64,000 nt of DNA, from contig OU015566.1 in the NCBI GenBank assembly GCA_907165135.1, positions 7,192,001-7,256,000 on the forward strand, read 5' to 3'. Positions within the stretch are counted from its first letter, which is position 1. Each line of letters begins with the position of its first letter. The notes beneath the pieces are model-generated. The model had not been told where the DNA came from. It saw nothing but the letters and a program-made list of their open reading frames with translations, and did not search any database. This document shows, piece by piece, positions 60,945-64,000 of the stretch. The translations under genes were made by a program, and so were the position numbers. The DNA comes from Oikopleura dioica. Its lineage: Eukaryota; Animalia; Chordata.

Positions 60945-63900
60945 TTATTTGTTGTGGAGCTTGAAGTGACGTCTGCCGGAGAGATATAGAATTGATTCTG
61001 CGTATGTTTCGGGCATCACCTAGATTTGCGGTAATTCTTGGACTCTCGCCTATTTCTACCTGGGGGACATCTTCGTCGGCCTCAAATGTAAGCTGCATTT
61101 CGTTGGTGAACACACCCGGCTCATTCATTTCTGTGTGCTCTCGCTTTTCCACCCGTACCCGCACCTGGAACTTATTTTCTTTCGAGTAGATGACTTGCGC
61201 GTGTAGGAAGAGAATGGAACCTATCTCTACGGGTGCTTTGAACAGGATGTCGTCGATGAAGATGATTCTGAAAGATGTTCATTGACCTTCAGAAAAATTA
61301 AGTGTCGAAGAGTCGGAGGTCACTGGTACCCTTACCTATGCTTTCCTTTCGATACAGTACACGCTACAGACCAAGCTAGTTCCAGAGACTGGCGCATCAG
61401 CCATCCTCCGAAGATTTTGTTGTGGATGTTCCTTGACTCGGGCTGGCAAATGAGAATCGACTTCAACTTGGTGTTCTTCATCCAGACGCTGTTTTCCGGG
61501 AGCGATCTCGATCCAAGCTCATGCTTTTGATCTGCCGTTTTTAAGTAATTATCGTGGATTTGGGCCATCTCTTCGACGGTAGGACGCAGTTTGAAGACGT
61601 TCAGGTTGTCCGACTGTTTTCGGTACTAAAAGAAATACGGCTAAAGAGCTCGGAATAGATTGTCATTGTTTCATTTTAACATAATTCTATTTCTACAATT
61701 TATTCCATAAACACACATGGCCAAGACAACATCTGTTCATTATTATAATTTTCTAACCATTGATGATCATATGTGATTTGTGATTTATGAATAAATTTTA
61801 GTCCAAGGAGGATTTTCTGTACTACTGTAAGCGATAAAAATCGCGAAGGCTTAAAGTTGTCATGAACATATTCTTTTTCGCAACTGGTGCCTAGCCAAAA
61901 TGATAATTTTATTAGAATCTGATATAAATGATAATAATGAAATTCCAATTTCCGGACTAGAGAGAATGATTGAATTTCCTTTGCATTAATGCAAATGACT
62001 ATCAGACAGAGGTAGAAGAATATCATCGCCGTCATGTGATTACCTTATTAAGCTTTTCTGCCAATTTATAATTCCTGATTTCCGCTTCTGTTTCCGGTTT
62101 CAAAGGCACGACCGGAGCTGCTCGTCCAGTTTGCGGGCAACGAGCTACCATGATGAAGTGGGATTGGACCAAGGGTTGTCCCTTATTCAGGAGTAATTCT
62201 TGATTGGTATGAATTTTTTTGTTGAATATTGATCAATCAGGGATTGGATGAAAAATTTCGCTATTCTAAGACCTCTCTGTAGCAAATCAAAAACTCCTTC
62301 CCTTATCATTCTCCAATGAGCAAAGGACATCCATCGACGAACGCCCGACCCAAACAACTTCTCCATTGAGCACAAGATCGTCATTTCTGGCGGAATGCTC
62401 GAAATATTCAGGAAAAAAGCTGATCTCGTCGACACATGCAGTCACGATTGAAAGTGGAACCTTTCCATCCACGGCCTTTTATGGTGATATAAATAGACAC
62501 TTCTATTAATATTTTAGCTTACGAGAATTAATTAATAGCAGGGCTAAATAATTGTAGATATTTTTAATATTAATTTCTACTAAATTCAAGTGCAATCTTA
62601 ATTCTCTTTTGAAAAATAAATCTATAAAAATCCTTCTTTTTCATCAAATTAAGATCTCTTTAAAAATATAGATTGCTGAAAGAGAAAGAGAATCACTTTC
62701 TCTCTGAGATAAGTGCGACCTGTCTCTTTGAAGAAAACATAAATAATGTCAAGCTTGGTCGAACAGAGCGTTGTAAATAATTATGTCGAACATGAGACGA
62801 CTTGCGTATTTCTTTCGACAAATGATAATAAACGAACAAAGGCTTCAAAACGAAAAGATATCACCTGCCAGGGCACTACAGTGTTTGTAAGAGCATGCAA
62901 CGGCCAGAGAATCTGAACAAAAAGTCATATTAGAGATCAAAAAAGGGGGTTAATAATTGAGTAACTGCATGCTAATGGGTTAGATAAAATGACTGACATA
63001 AGAACATGCAGAATCTGCATTGGAGACTACAAACTTGCAAACTAAAAATATCGGCTGAAAAAGGCATTCATCTACCCCTAAGAGCGGCCACTAGGCTCAG
63101 TACCCTGTGTTGAAGCCGTAGTCAGGGTCGTGAAAGACTTATGAAAAAAGCCGAAAAATTTGATCTCAAATGAATTACGAAAACCAGGAAGGCTTTAATC
63201 ATAGCTCTTTTCCGACTCTGAGTCAGGTCTTCTACACAGGCTGCGGAGTCTAGCCCCTAACAGCTGATATTCCTCGAGAGTCTCGAGTCGAGACATATCT
63301 ACAACACGACAAAAGGGAAACTTGCCAAAATCTTCCAAAATCCTGCCAGTTCTAATATGCTCATCAGCTAGTCGATATTTCAGTCGTTGAAAGAAATCTC
63401 TATCTGAAAGCGGTATTCTGGCTCTCACTCTCGATTCTTTCGGTGAGAGCGCGCTCATTCTATCTCTATCGAAATTTGCCTGAGGATTGGTTCGTTCTTT
63501 TTTTATGCTTCGCTGGTTATTTATATTGTTTTAACTTGATCTTATTTAATTATTCCCAATAAATCAATCAAAACTTTATTTTGCGCGTTTTGGAACCTTT
63601 ATTGAGGCAAATCGCTCGTCACGGGCAAAGAAGCCCTCATCTGGACCACGCATATTTCTCCGAATTCCCTCCTTTGAAGTGGGTGTTTCATTATTTTTTA
63701 TTATCACCGGGCCAAAGATAAGTTATGTTTATAACTGGCGATGCCCGCCAGGGTATCCAAGTCTTCAAGAACTCGACCAATTCGGACTCCACCAGAATGA
63801 GTTCTATATTTTAATCGCAGCGGGAATGATGGATCGCTTGAAGGAAAATCAAAGGTACTGTAAGGAATTTCAGGAAAAGGTTACCTAAGAGGGACTTTTG

Positions 63901-64000
63901 TAGTGAATTTGGAGGCAGATGGAGAAATTGGTTCAGAAACAGCCTCCATATTCGCCGCTGCTGGCTCGCCGATCATATTTTTGATGAGCATGGATCTGGC
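60945..64000 (-). CDS. ACOT9: Acyl-CoA thioesterase 9-like (double hotdog), 5' end beyond window, duplicated 5' module
   Basis: GRILEDFDSLAVACSYKH, PLSIVTACVDEI, VWVGRSSM, FIMVAR, PESRNIHNKIFGGWLMRQSLELAW, IDDILFKAPVEIGSIL, MPETYAESILYLSGRRHF; stop 60945-60947. Confidence 0.9.

Noticed and set aside
1-64000. tRNA, rRNA, snRNA or SL RNA genes
   Set aside because: None recognisable by eye; tRNAscan-SE or Infernal would be needed to exclude them.

Overview
Gene-dense eukaryotic DNA with many 40-60 nt introns, several non-canonical (GA-AG, GC-AG). This strongly suggests the larvacean tunicate Oikopleura (inferred from sequence style). Recognisable genes, left to right: CHST15-like sulfotransferase (+, 5'-partial, telomere-like repeat in last intron), SH3BP5-like (+), CLCA-like protein with a degenerate HExxH site and an inserted C-type lectin domain (-), Cys-rich/Kelch-like secreted protein (-), SSADH/ALDH5A1 (+), two tandem E-protein bHLH paralogs (-), pannexin-like channel (-), then six co-oriented minus-strand genes (ACOT9-like, Schnurri/HIVEP-like, EMC5/MMGT1, PGK, ZDHHC3/7, unknown disordered protein) that look like an operon. 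A spliced antisense gene is nested in a PGK intron. The last intron of the upstream E-protein gene holds a complete 7285-bp Ty3/gypsy LTR element (probably Tor-type) with apparently identical 412-bp LTRs and an ATCG TSD. It has a CCCH-finger Gag, an in-frame UGA-CUA stop between gag and pol, and a non-Env third ORF. Several TTAA-flanked MITEs and palindromic repeats are present. Exon models were built by eye and homology calls are from recalled motifs, not searches.
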